Source: Lachnospiraceae bacterium
GTDB taxonomy: Bacteria > Bacillota > Clostridia > Lachnospirales > Lachnospiraceae
DNA length: 49,470 nt
Direction of reading: 5' to 3'
NCBI GenBank assembly: GCA_024683155.1
Contig: JAIKYN010000036.1
Location: forward strand, 1 to 49,470
Numbering within the stretch: position 1 is the first letter of the stretch; each line of letters begins with the position of its first letter. The translations under genes and the position numbers were made by a program. Below the pieces are notes generated by a model, which made no database searches, had not been told where the DNA came from, and was given only the letters and a program-made list of their open reading frames with translations. Below, in pieces: positions 1 through 8,328 of this stretch.

Positions 1-236
1 AGTTTTTTTATCTCTCTGTCTTCAACTTGAATAAAGCCCTTTACAACACCATCGTCGTATACCCAAATACTGTCCAAATGTCCTTCATACCATTGCATTA
101 CAGTCGGCACTTGCAACGTTACAAAATAAAAATCATCATCCTGGAAAATAGGATAGAAGTACATTCTGTAATTAAAAATCTGAATCTCAGCGATACGTAT
201 GAGATCCGTTTTATCTGCTTTTCTTATATTATCCAT
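1..236 (-). CDS. GNAT-like N-acetyltransferase, first 78 codons only (gene runs off the left edge)
   Basis: Own minus-strand translation from ATG 236-234: MDNIRKADKTDLIRIAEIQIFNYRMYFYPIFQDDDFYFVTLQVPTVMQWYEGHLDSIWVYDDGVVKGFIQVEDREIKK, open to position 1. GGAGG (246-250) lies 9 nt upstream. Absent from the ORF track because no stop is in the window. The N-terminus pattern resembles GNAT. The region is visibly more AT-rich than the rest. Confidence 0.5.
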   Translation of the reverse strand, partial: MDNIRKADKTDLIRIAEIQIFNYRMYFYPIFQDDDFYFVTLQVPTVMQWYEGHLDSIWVYDDGVVKGFIQVEDREIKK

Positions 237-328
237 TTGTCTTATCCTCCAAACTTCGATTTGGTCTCTATGTTATCCTGTAAGATATAGTAGCTACTAT
301 ATCATCTGAAAATGCCTCAAAGCATCCT

Positions 329-1567
329 CTATAGCCTTAACCTTTTCCTCTGGGCATCCGGCTTTTGTTGGGACAGAAGAACAACAGTCTCCACATGTTC
401 CGTATTGGGGAACATATCCACAGGCTGCCCCTTGACCACACGGTAACGATGTTTTGTCAGGTACTCCAGGTCTCTGGCCAGTGTTTCCGGATTGCAACTG
501 ATGTATACGATCCTGTCAGGAGAAAGCTTTACCACTGAGGACAGAAAGGCTTCATCGCTACCGCTTCTGGGAGGATCCATAAAGACCACGTCCACCTTCT
601 CTTTTTTCGCTGCCATTTCCTGCATAAAGGCTCCTGCGTCCTGGCAGTAGAAGGTGACATGCTCCGCCTTGTTTCGTTTGGCGTTACCCACTGCATCCCG
701 AACGGCATCCTTGTTGACTTCCACACCGATCACTTCTCCGGCCTTGTCCGAGGCACACAGTCCGATGGTCCCAATGCCGCAATAAGCATCCAGCACCCGC
801 TCTTTTCCGGAAAGACCAGCGTAGGAAATGGCGGTACTGTACAGTTTTTCTGTCTGCACGGAGTTGATCTGATAAAAGGATCTGGGCGAGATCTTGAAGA
901 TCTTGCCGCACAATTCGTCTTCTATGTACCCTTTTCCGTAGATCACGGATTCTTTTGTGCCCAGCACGACACTGGTGTGTCGGTCGTTTACATTGATGGT
1001 CACGGTGGTGATCTCGGGGTGGGCTTTGCACAACGCCTTCACAAAGTTGTTCTTGGAAGGCAGAATGGGGGAAGCCAACACGAGAGTCACCATGATCTGC
1101 CCGGTCTTATGGGCCGTACGAACCAGCACATGACGGAGCAGTCCGTATCCGGTGTCCTCATCGTATACGGAGATCTTAAAGCTTTTCAGCTGCTCCCGAA
1201 TGGTCACGATGATCGCATCTGCCTTCCCATCCTCCAGAAAACACCGGTCGATATTCACCACGCGGTGTGTTCCCTCCTGATAGATGCCGGATATGGTGTG
1301 ACCACCTTTTCCGCCTCTTCCTCGATTCTTTTCATATGAAAAAACAGCATGAACTTTATTCCGATAATGATAGGGATCGTTCATGCCGATGATAGGGTCG
1401 AGGTTTACATATTTTTTAAGCAGCCGCTGGGTTTTCCGCTGTTTCATGGCAAGCTGCTCTTTATAATCCATATCGATGTACTGGCATCCGCCGCATATGG
1501 CGGATACTTTGCATTTGCTTTTTTTCTCCCCCCCATTGGTACGGGGGGTATTTTCCTTTGCTTTCAT
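329..1567 (-). CDS. 23S rRNA (uracil-C5)-methyltransferase, RumA/TrmA family with Fe-S cysteines
   Basis: Contains the CKVSAICGGC cysteine cluster, the SAM motif LDAYCGIGTIGL, and the C-terminal motifs DPPRSG and ISCNPETLARDL. Start moved to the internal ATG at 1567 (MKAKENT), which has GAGAGG upstream and avoids overlap with the upstream gene. The longest ORF reaches 1669. Confidence 0.85.
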   Translation of the reverse strand: MKAKENTPRTNGGEKKSKCKVSAICGGCQYIDMDYKEQLAMKQRKTQRLLKKYVNLDPIIGMNDPYHYRNKVHAVFSYEKNRGRGGKGGHTISGIYQEGTHRVVNIDRCFLEDGKADAIIVTIREQLKSFKISVYDEDTGYGLLRHVLVRTAHKTGQIMVTLVLASPILPSKNNFVKALCKAHPEITTVTINVNDRHTSVVLGTKESVIYGKGYIEDELCGKIFKISPRSFYQINSVQTEKLYSTAISYAGLSGKERVLDAYCGIGTIGLCASDKAGEVIGVEVNKDAVRDAVGNAKRNKAEHVTFYCQDAGAFMQEMAAKKEKVDVVFMDPPRSGSDEAFLSSVVKLSPDRIVYISCNPETLARDLEYLTKHRYRVVKGQPVDMFPNTEHVETVVLLSQQKPDAQRKRLRL

Positions 1568-1613
1568 AGTTACCTCTCTGCAGGACTCCTGCTTCTTCGG
1601 CTTTCTGTCTGTT

Positions 1614-3086
1614 CTACTCATCCAAAAGGTCTCCTGCTGCCACAATATCTTTCTGGATCTCACGTTCACTCAATTCCTCAAAAGGCACCAGGTCGGCGTG
1701 GAGGCGCTTTAGCGCGTTCTTTTTCTTTTCGGGATGCCCCGGATTGGGTTCCTTTGCGTAGGACCAGTTATTAAAGAAATGGTAATTCATCCATCTGGTA
1801 TGCTGCAGATTTGCCAGGATACGGGCAAATTCCTCTTTGGGCATGTCCTTATAAAAGCTGCGCAGATTTCGGATGATCTCATTAAAATAAACCAGATCCA
1901 GATTGGAGTAGCGGGTAAAGGTATTCAGGCTTCTCCAGGCTTTTTCCATGTTTTCTTCCGTATCCGCCAGGCTTTTGTCTGCATGGAGCTCGTAGTCGAA
2001 ATTGGCTCTCTTGGCCTTCTTAAGCAGGTCTGCTGCCACTATGTTCTGAAGGGTATAAGCATTGACCTTCCAGGGATACAGCACCAGATTTTCCTTCGGA
2101 ATGGTACCACAGCGATGCTGCAGCAGGAATGCGGGATCCAGATCGATGGAAGAAAAAACATACAGCTTATAATCCGGTGATACGGCAAAGAGTTCATTGA
2201 TGAGAGAAGCCTGATCTTCCTGCTCCAGTACCAGGATCCGATCGGCGTTCTTTAACAGCTCCGCTTCTTCATACCATGCACGGTCATAGACACGGATGCC
2301 CAGTTCCTGCAGTTTCGTGTGGGTTCGTGCAAACTTATCGGTATCGCCGAATACATGATAGGTAATCTTCTGTGCCGGATGAAACAGATTGGCCTGTGTG
2401 GCATAATGCAACACTTCTTCTCCCAGACGGCCGAACCCGATGAGCACAATGTCCATCCGGATCTGCTCCGGTGAAGGAGCCTTTGCAAATGCCTGTTCCA
2501 TCAGACTGTAACGTCTCCAGAAATCCTGGGCTGCCAGTTCCTCGCCGCAGAAAAACCGCACGCCCCCTTCTCCGGGAAGCAGGCCCGGCAGAGAATCGGT
2601 CTTGATATAAACTTCCCTGCCGGCCAGGCGTTTCTCATAACGGGAATAGAATCCCAGATTTTCCTCATCGTTTCCAAACAGGATAAAGCGACTGGCATTG
2701 ACATATTTTCCCTTGTAGGTGATCCCCAGTCCTCCCAGTTCATCCATCAGGGACGAGATGCTCTCTTCTTCTCCCAACACCAGCGTGCTGTCCTTTTTGA
2801 GCGCTCTCATATCATCCGCAAAATGCAGAAAGATCTCACGAATGACCAGAACGGCAGCACTGACCGTGGTAGCCGCTGCCAGATATCTGGCGATATTGAT
2901 CAGGATATTGGCAGGATGATCCGCATAGTTTAAGGTAAACAGGACCATGGCCATAAAGATGGAATCCACCAGGTTCTCTCCGGCCTGATAAAATCCTACG
3001 GTTCCCATGATCATCACTACTGCAACGAACAGGATCAGCCAAAGCTTGCCTACTTTTTTTATCCATTTGATCAGTTTCCGAAACAT
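1614..3086 (-). CDS. Membrane protein: channel-like 2-3 TM N-terminus, Rossmann (TrkA-N-like) modules and a C-terminal RyR-type domain
   Basis: Hydrophobic N-terminus (LWLILFVAVVMIMGTVGFY, FMAMVLFTLNYADHP, ARYLAAATTVSAAVLVI). GxGxxG-like IGFGRLG. The C-terminus HTRWMNYHFFNNWSY...KRLHADLVPFEELSEREIQKD follows the RyR-domain pattern H-x-W...GW-x-Y...h-P-x-LVP[YF]eeL. Confidence 0.8.
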   Translation of the reverse strand: MFRKLIKWIKKVGKLWLILFVAVVMIMGTVGFYQAGENLVDSIFMAMVLFTLNYADHPANILINIARYLAAATTVSAAVLVIREIFLHFADDMRALKKDSTLVLGEEESISSLMDELGGLGITYKGKYVNASRFILFGNDEENLGFYSRYEKRLAGREVYIKTDSLPGLLPGEGGVRFFCGEELAAQDFWRRYSLMEQAFAKAPSPEQIRMDIVLIGFGRLGEEVLHYATQANLFHPAQKITYHVFGDTDKFARTHTKLQELGIRVYDRAWYEEAELLKNADRILVLEQEDQASLINELFAVSPDYKLYVFSSIDLDPAFLLQHRCGTIPKENLVLYPWKVNAYTLQNIVAADLLKKAKRANFDYELHADKSLADTEENMEKAWRSLNTFTRYSNLDLVYFNEIIRNLRSFYKDMPKEEFARILANLQHTRWMNYHFFNNWSYAKEPNPGHPEKKKNALKRLHADLVPFEELSEREIQKDIVAAGDLLDE

Positions 3087-3120
3087 CGCTTATTCCCAGC
3101 TTTCCAAAAGGTTTTAACGT

Positions 3121-3142
3121 ATAAAAAGAGCCTTTTCGGCTC
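3121..3142 (-). terminator. Weak intrinsic terminator after hypA copy 1
   Basis: On the minus strand: GAGCC-GAAAA-GGCTC followed by TTTTTAT. The stem is only 5 bp. Confidence 0.35.
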
Positions 3143-3145
3143 CTT

Positions 3146-3490
3146 CTATACGGCTTCTATCTCTTTGATGGTAAACTCATTTCCCTGGAGCAGATAGGTA
3201 TGCTCGCTGCCGCAATAGGGGCAGATCTTGCCGTGCTCCACCGTGGGATATTCCTGTTTACAGTCTTCACAGAAGGTAATGGCCGGGATCTTCTCCACTT
3301 TCAGCTGCGCACCCTTCATCAGGTCCGTACGCTCCACTGCCCATTTCCAGCAATCGACCAGATAACTCTCTATGACCGCTGACACTTCACCCAGCTCCAG
3401 TGTAACGGAACCGATATGGGTCAGTTCATTCTCCTTTGCGACTTCCGTCAGCGAATCAATGACATGAAAAACCACTCCCAGCTCATGCAT
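3146..3490 (-). CDS. hypA: Hydrogenase nickel-insertion metallochaperone HypA (copy 1)
   Basis: MHELGVV N-terminus (Met-His-Glu Ni site) and Zn motif CEDC...CPYCG. The ATG at 3490 has GGAGGG 9 nt upstream. The ORF-track start at 3496 is a TTG two codons upstream. Confidence 0.9.
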   Translation of the reverse strand: MHELGVVFHVIDSLTEVAKENELTHIGSVTLELGEVSAVIESYLVDCWKWAVERTDLMKGAQLKVEKIPAITFCEDCKQEYPTVEHGKICPYCGSEHTYLLQGNEFTIKEIEAV

Positions 3491-3534
3491 GTCCAAATAC
3501 CCTCCAAGCCTGATTTTTCCTAGAATCTTCTACC

Positions 3535-3564
3535 ATTGTAGCGGACAAGCTATTGGCATGTCAA
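3535..3564 (-). promoter_or_regulatory. Sigma-A-type promoter for hypA copy 1
   Basis: Minus strand: TTGACA (3564-3559), 18-nt spacer, TACAAT (3540-3535), about 45 nt upstream of the hypA ATG. Confidence 0.5.
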
Positions 3565-3582
3565 ATTGAGATAGTATATAAT
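3553..3582 (+). promoter_or_regulatory. Candidate promoter for the hybrid kinase gene
   Basis: TTGGCA (3553-3558), 18-nt spacer, TATAAT (3577-3582). Lies back-to-back with the hypA promoter. Confidence 0.45.
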
Positions 3583-3601
3583 TTTCTAAGGAGGTGTTCC
3601 C

Positions 3602-6600
3602 ATGAGCAAACGACGTTCCAAGAGCTCCAGACTAAAGAAGATAGCTGTTAATCTTCCGACTTTGTTCACGCAGGTGATCTGTCTGATCTGTACCATCACC
3701 TATGCCACCCAGATCCGGGATGCTGCAGACTTTGATCTGAATCCCTTCTGGCTGACATTTTTAAAGGACGCCCCCGTCATCATCACCGCTGGGATCTGCG
3801 GGCATGTTCCCGCCATGGCCTGTGTGATCATCCTGTTTTTCTACAAGGCACTTTCCTTTTCCGAACTGGCTTATACAGCCTTTATTTCCATGCTGCTTGC
3901 GGTGATCGCCGATCATTGTTCCAGATACTACTGGTTTGCCAGCAAGCGCAAGACCTTTATCAGTGCGCTCTGGATGGCTGTGGTTTCCGGTCCCGCCTGG
4001 GGTGTGCTCCTGGAGATCACCATCGGCACTCCCCTGAAAGAACTGTCTCTGGTACGTATGGGCATGTATCTGCTCCATGCCCTTCTTCCCTGCTTCTTTG
4101 CCTGCTTCACCATCTATCTTTTCTTTGCCCTGGCTCCCGACTCCGTCAAGAAGTATTATTCCATGGGCAGACGCTATCGAAAGGAATATCTGGAGGAAGC
4201 CATGATCATGGGGCCGAGCCGCTGGAAGAGCAGGCTGAGTACCAAGATCACCTACATGATCGTCATTGAATCGGCACTTTTAGCATTTCTTGCCGCCTGC
4301 TCCGCCAACATCCTGATCCCCACCTTTCTGGATATGGCTCAGGACGGTAGCACCCGGCAGGCTTTTTCCTTCCTGCTGGACCCTGCCATCAAAGTGACCA
4401 ATACCTCCACGCTGGAATACTATATCTCCGCCTATGAGAGCCTGTATACGGTCAACACGGTTTTCCGGCCCAATACCCTGGCTCTGGATCTGCGGATCAT
4501 CATGCTTGTCCTCAGCGCCATCGTACCTCTGGCCAGCTTTACCAATTTCTATGCCCAGAAGCATATTTCCAAACCGATCCAGTCCATGTCTTCCGTTCTG
4601 CGCAAATTAAAGATCTCCGACAACATGGATGCCGACATTTCCAAATTTACGGAGCTGAACATCCATACCAACGATGAGATCGAGGAACTGTTCATGGTAG
4701 CCTGCAATATTGCGTATCTCATGCAGGATTTCATCATCACCGAGCGGGAAAAGAAACAGCTGACCTACGCCCTGGAATCGGCGGAAGCGGCCAATGAAGC
4801 CAAGAACGCATTCCTTTCCAATATGTCCCATGAGATCCGTACCCCTATCAATGCCATTTTGGGTATGGATGAGGTCATCATCCGGGATACGCACGAAAAG
4901 GAAACCCTGCGCTATGCCAATGATATCCGCAACGCCAGCAAGACGCTGATGACCATCGTCAACGATATCCTGGATTTCTCCAAGATTGAAGCAGGTAAGC
5001 TGAATCTGGTGGAGGTGGAATACGATCTGACCTCCATCATCAACGACATCACAAGCATGGCCACGGTACAGGCCCGCAAGAAGAACCTGACCTTCCATGT
5101 GGAAGTCGACAAGACCATGCCCCGTATCCTCTACGGCGATGAAGTGCGGATCAAGCAATGTATGGTCAATCTGGTAAACAATGCCATCAAATACACGGAA
5201 AAAGGATCGGTGACCATGCGACTGGATTACCGGAAGCTGGATGATGCACGGATCCTCATGAATTTTGAAGTTCAGGATACCGGTGTGGGTGTAAAAGCAG
5301 AAGATATCGATCGGATGCTGGCTCCCTTCGAGCGGATCGAAGAGGAAAAACACCGTGCCACCGAAGGCAGCGGCCTGGGTATGAGCATCGTTCAGAACCT
5401 GCTGAAGATGATGAACAGTATGCTGTCCATCCACAGCGTTTACGGAGAAGGCAGTACCTTTGGTTTTCATTTGGAACAGCAGGTCAACCGCTGGGAAGAA
5501 ATGGGTGACTTTAAGGAACGCTATGACAAGTCTCTGGAACTGGCCAATGTCTATCAGGAAACCTTCCAGGCCCCTGAAGCAAGGATCCTGGTGGTGGATG
5601 ATACCGAGACCAATCATCTGGTGGTAAAGGGCCTGTTAAAGCAAACCCTGATCCAGATCGATACGGCCATCAGCGGCTACGAGATGCTGGATCTGATCAA
5701 AGTCAATCATTACGACATCATCCTTCTGGATCATCGTATGCCCGGAATGGATGGTATCGAAACACTGGCAAAAATGCGGGAGCTTCCCAATCACTTAAAT
5801 CAGAAAACACCGGTCATCGCCCTCACGGCCAACGCCCTCTCCGGTGCCCGGGAAATGTATGCGGAAGCCGGTTTTATGGACTATATGGCAAAGCCAGTGG
5901 ACGGCATCCGTCTGGAAAAGCTCCTGGCAGAATATCTGCCACGGGAAAAGGTGTATCTGCCGGATGACGAACGCTATGTAAAACAGGAAGTAAATCCTGA
6001 GGATGAAGGCATGCAGGGACAGGGCTTCTCCAGTCATATCCTGCGGGTCATCTTCGAAGCATGGGGTCTGGACATGGACGCAGCCTTTGGAAATTGCGGC
6101 GATGAAGCCACCCTGCTGCAAGTGCTGGGTCACTTCCACCGAACCATTGATGATAAGGCAGCCCTGATCGAGCATTACCTGGCAGACAGCAATTTCCGGG
6201 ATTATACCATTCAGGTGCACGGTCTGAAGAGTTCTTCCAGACTCTTTGGTGCCAAGGAGCTTTCCAACATGGCAGCGGAACTGGAAAAAGCCGGAAACGA
6301 AGGCAATGTATCCTTTATCCGTGCCACTACTCCGGATTTCCTGAGCCTGTACCGCAGCTATAAGACCCTCCTGGCTCCCTTTGACGCGGAAGAACTGGAT
6401 TCCGGCAAAGAGCTGCCCCTTCTGGAGCGGGATCGTCTCCAGGAGGCCTATCAGGCAATGTATGAGTATGCAGAGGTTTATGATTATAACGGTGCAGACG
6501 AAGTCATCCGGCTTCTGAAAAAATACTCCATTCCGGAGGATCAGCAGAAGATCTATCAGGATATCAAACGTCTGCTTCTCTCGGTGAATCGGGAAGAATT

Positions 6601-6640
6601 GCTGGAAACTTTGCAGAAAGCAATCGAAAATTTGTCATAA
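3602..6640 (+). CDS. Hybrid sensor histidine kinase (multi-TM sensor, HisKA, HATPase, receiver, Hpt)
   Basis: AGGAGG RBS. About 330 aa of hydrophobic helices. H-box FLSNMSHEIRTPINAILGM, N/G boxes (NNAIKYT, DTGVGV, GSGLGMSIV), receiver ILVVDD...LLDHRMPGMDG...ALTA, and an Hpt-like HGLKSSSRLFGA. Confidence 0.92.
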   Translation: MSKRRSKSSRLKKIAVNLPTLFTQVICLICTITYATQIRDAADFDLNPFWLTFLKDAPVIITAGICGHVPAMACVIILFFYKALSFSELAYTAFISMLLAVIADHCSRYYWFASKRKTFISALWMAVVSGPAWGVLLEITIGTPLKELSLVRMGMYLLHALLPCFFACFTIYLFFALAPDSVKKYYSMGRRYRKEYLEEAMIMGPSRWKSRLSTKITYMIVIESALLAFLAACSANILIPTFLDMAQDGSTRQAFSFLLDPAIKVTNTSTLEYYISAYESLYTVNTVFRPNTLALDLRIIMLVLSAIVPLASFTNFYAQKHISKPIQSMSSVLRKLKISDNMDADISKFTELNIHTNDEIEELFMVACNIAYLMQDFIITEREKKQLTYALESAEAANEAKNAFLSNMSHEIRTPINAILGMDEVIIRDTHEKETLRYANDIRNASKTLMTIVNDILDFSKIEAGKLNLVEVEYDLTSIINDITSMATVQARKKNLTFHVEVDKTMPRILYGDEVRIKQCMVNLVNNAIKYTEKGSVTMRLDYRKLDDARILMNFEVQDTGVGVKAEDIDRMLAPFERIEEEKHRATEGSGLGMSIVQNLLKMMNSMLSIHSVYGEGSTFGFHLEQQVNRWEEMGDFKERYDKSLELANVYQETFQAPEARILVVDDTETNHLVVKGLLKQTLIQIDTAISGYEMLDLIKVNHYDIILLDHRMPGMDGIETLAKMRELPNHLNQKTPVIALTANALSGAREMYAEAGFMDYMAKPVDGIRLEKLLAEYLPREKVYLPDDERYVKQEVNPEDEGMQGQGFSSHILRVIFEAWGLDMDAAFGNCGDEATLLQVLGHFHRTIDDKAALIEHYLADSNFRDYTIQVHGLKSSSRLFGAKELSNMAAELEKAGNEGNVSFIRATTPDFLSLYRSYKTLLAPFDAEELDSGKELPLLERDRLQEAYQAMYEYAEVYDYNGADEVIRLLKKYSIPEDQQKIYQDIKRLLLSVNREELLETLQKAIENLS

Positions 6641-6700
6641 ATTTATCATTTTGTATCTTATCGTACTATGGTATGATATTCCTACGAGGTAACAGAAATT

Positions 6701-7453
6701 ATGATCAAGCGTATTTTACTGATCGGTGAAGAGAAGTCCTTCATGGTCAGTTCAATTGCAAACGGTCTTCGCAGAGAGCTTTTTGAAGTGATCATGTCGG
6801 AACCCATAACCGCTGTACTGAAGAAAGTAACCGATGTTCCTCAGGTGATCCTCTTTTACCTGACCGACTCGGTAAGCGATAATGCCGTTCTATTACAATA
6901 TATCAACACCATGGTCGTGGACCACAGATGCCGCTTCTACATCCTGGGTAATCCGCTGGATATGGAAGAGGCTTATAAGCATTTGGACAAAGCCAATGTC
7001 CAGAAGGAATTTTACCGTCCCATCAATGTGCAGAACATCATCGATGAGCTGCTGAAGATCGATGAGATGGATGATGTGCGTCTGCCCGGCAGACGGCGGA
7101 TCCTCCTGGTGGACGACGATGAAGTGACCCTTCGTACCCTGTCCAACTGGCTGCAGGACCGTTATACCGTCTATATGGCCAACAGCGGCAAGGACGCTCT
7201 GCGTTTTCTCCTGAATAACGTGGTAGACCTGGTGTTGCTGGATTATGAGATGCCCGGTCTGTCCGGTCCGGAAGTGCTGGACGGCATCCGCAACGATCCC
7301 ATGACGGAGGACATTCCCGTTATGTTCCTGACCGGCAAGAACGACCAGGAGAGCGTGCTGTATGCCGTATCTCTTCATCCTGCCAAGTACCTGTTAAAGA
7401 CCCTTCCCAAGGATGATATCCTGAAAGCCATTGATGAATTTTTCCTGCCCTGA
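6701..7453 (+). CDS. Response regulator with no output domain: degenerate N-terminal receiver-like module plus canonical receiver
   Basis: C-terminal half: RILLVDDDEVT...DLVLLDYEMPGLSG...VMFLTGK...KYLLK. The N-terminal half (RILLIGEEKSF...) has the receiver layout but lacks the acidic pocket. GAGG RBS. Confidence 0.85.
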   Translation: MIKRILLIGEEKSFMVSSIANGLRRELFEVIMSEPITAVLKKVTDVPQVILFYLTDSVSDNAVLLQYINTMVVDHRCRFYILGNPLDMEEAYKHLDKANVQKEFYRPINVQNIIDELLKIDEMDDVRLPGRRRILLVDDDEVTLRTLSNWLQDRYTVYMANSGKDALRFLLNNVVDLVLLDYEMPGLSGPEVLDGIRNDPMTEDIPVMFLTGKNDQESVLYAVSLHPAKYLLKTLPKDDILKAIDEFFLP

Positions 7454-7488
7454 TCGGCCCAAAAACATGTTCATACTGCCCCCATGGC

Positions 7489-7527
7489 AAAAAAAGAAGG
7501 AGCAACCATTGCTCCTTCTTATTTTTT
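7489..7527. terminator. Bidirectional intrinsic terminator between convergent genes
   Basis: 12-bp perfect stem AAGAAGGAGCAA (7494-7505) / TTGCTCCTTCTT (7509-7520) with a 3-nt loop. An A-run lies on the left and a T-run (7522-7527) on the right. Confidence 0.8.
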
Positions 7528-7532
7528 GCAAT

Positions 7533-8327
7533 TTATCCAAGGATGGCCTTGTCAGAGACGAATTCTTCTCCTGCTACCTTGGAGAACTGATGGAGGAGAT
7601 CCTCCACCGTCAGTTTGGATTTCTCTTCTCCCCGGATATCCAGGATCACCTTTCCTTCATTCATCATGATCAGACGATTGCCGTGGGCAATGGCGTCCTT
7701 CATATTGTGGGTGACCATCAGGGTCGTCAGGTTATCTCTCTGCACCACACGTTCGGTGGCTTCCAGCACCTTTTCCGCTGTTTTGGGATCCAGGGCTGCG
7801 GTATGCTCATCCAGCAGCAGGATCTTGGGTTTCTGGAAGGTTGCCATCAACAGGGTAAGGGCCTGTCTCTGTCCGCCGGATAACAGACCGACCTTTGCGG
7901 TCATACGGTCTTCCAGTCCCAGATTCAGGATCTGCAGTTTCTCACGGAATACTTTCCGCTCTGCGTTGGTAACGCCCCACTTCAGTCCTCTTCTCTTTCC
8001 TCTTCTGGCTGCCAGAGCCATATTTTCTTCGATCTCCATGGTCGCAGCCGTACCGGTCATTGGATCCTGGAAAACACGTCCGATCACTGCCGCACGTTTG
8101 TAATCCGGAAGTCCGGTCACATCCTCTCCGTCGATCACGATGGAGCCTTCATCTACCGGCCATACTCCGGCAATGGCATTGAGCATGGTGGATTTACCTG
8201 CTCCGTTGCCGCCGATGACCGTTACAAAATCCCCTTCCTCCAGGGTCAGATTTACCTTATTAAGGGCGCGTTTCTCATTGACGGTACCCGGATTAAAGGT
8301 TTTGGATACATCCGTAATCTTCAGCAT
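7533..8327 (-). CDS. ABC transporter ATP-binding protein
   Basis: Walker A GGNGAGKST, signature LSGGQRQ, Walker B ILLLDEH. Confidence 0.92.
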   Translation of the reverse strand: MLKITDVSKTFNPGTVNEKRALNKVNLTLEEGDFVTVIGGNGAGKSTMLNAIAGVWPVDEGSIVIDGEDVTGLPDYKRAAVIGRVFQDPMTGTAATMEIEENMALAARRGKRRGLKWGVTNAERKVFREKLQILNLGLEDRMTAKVGLLSGGQRQALTLLMATFQKPKILLLDEHTAALDPKTAEKVLEATERVVQRDNLTTLMVTHNMKDAIAHGNRLIMMNEGKVILDIRGEEKSKLTVEDLLHQFSKVAGEEFVSDKAILG

Positions 8328-8328
8328 A

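Noticed and set aside
27-290. 87-aa plus-strand ORF at the left edge (TTG start)
   Set aside because: The opposite strand carries a better gene, with an ATG, a GGAGG RBS and a GNAT-like sequence. The plus-strand peptide has no features.
297-497. 66-aa and other short overlapping ORFs inside the methyltransferase, transporter and hydrogenase genes
   Set aside because: All are nested in or antisense to well-supported genes. They lack ribosome-binding sites and have skewed composition.
4607-5617. 336-aa minus-strand ORF
   Set aside because: It is antisense to the well-supported hybrid histidine kinase, with no RBS and no recognisable domain.
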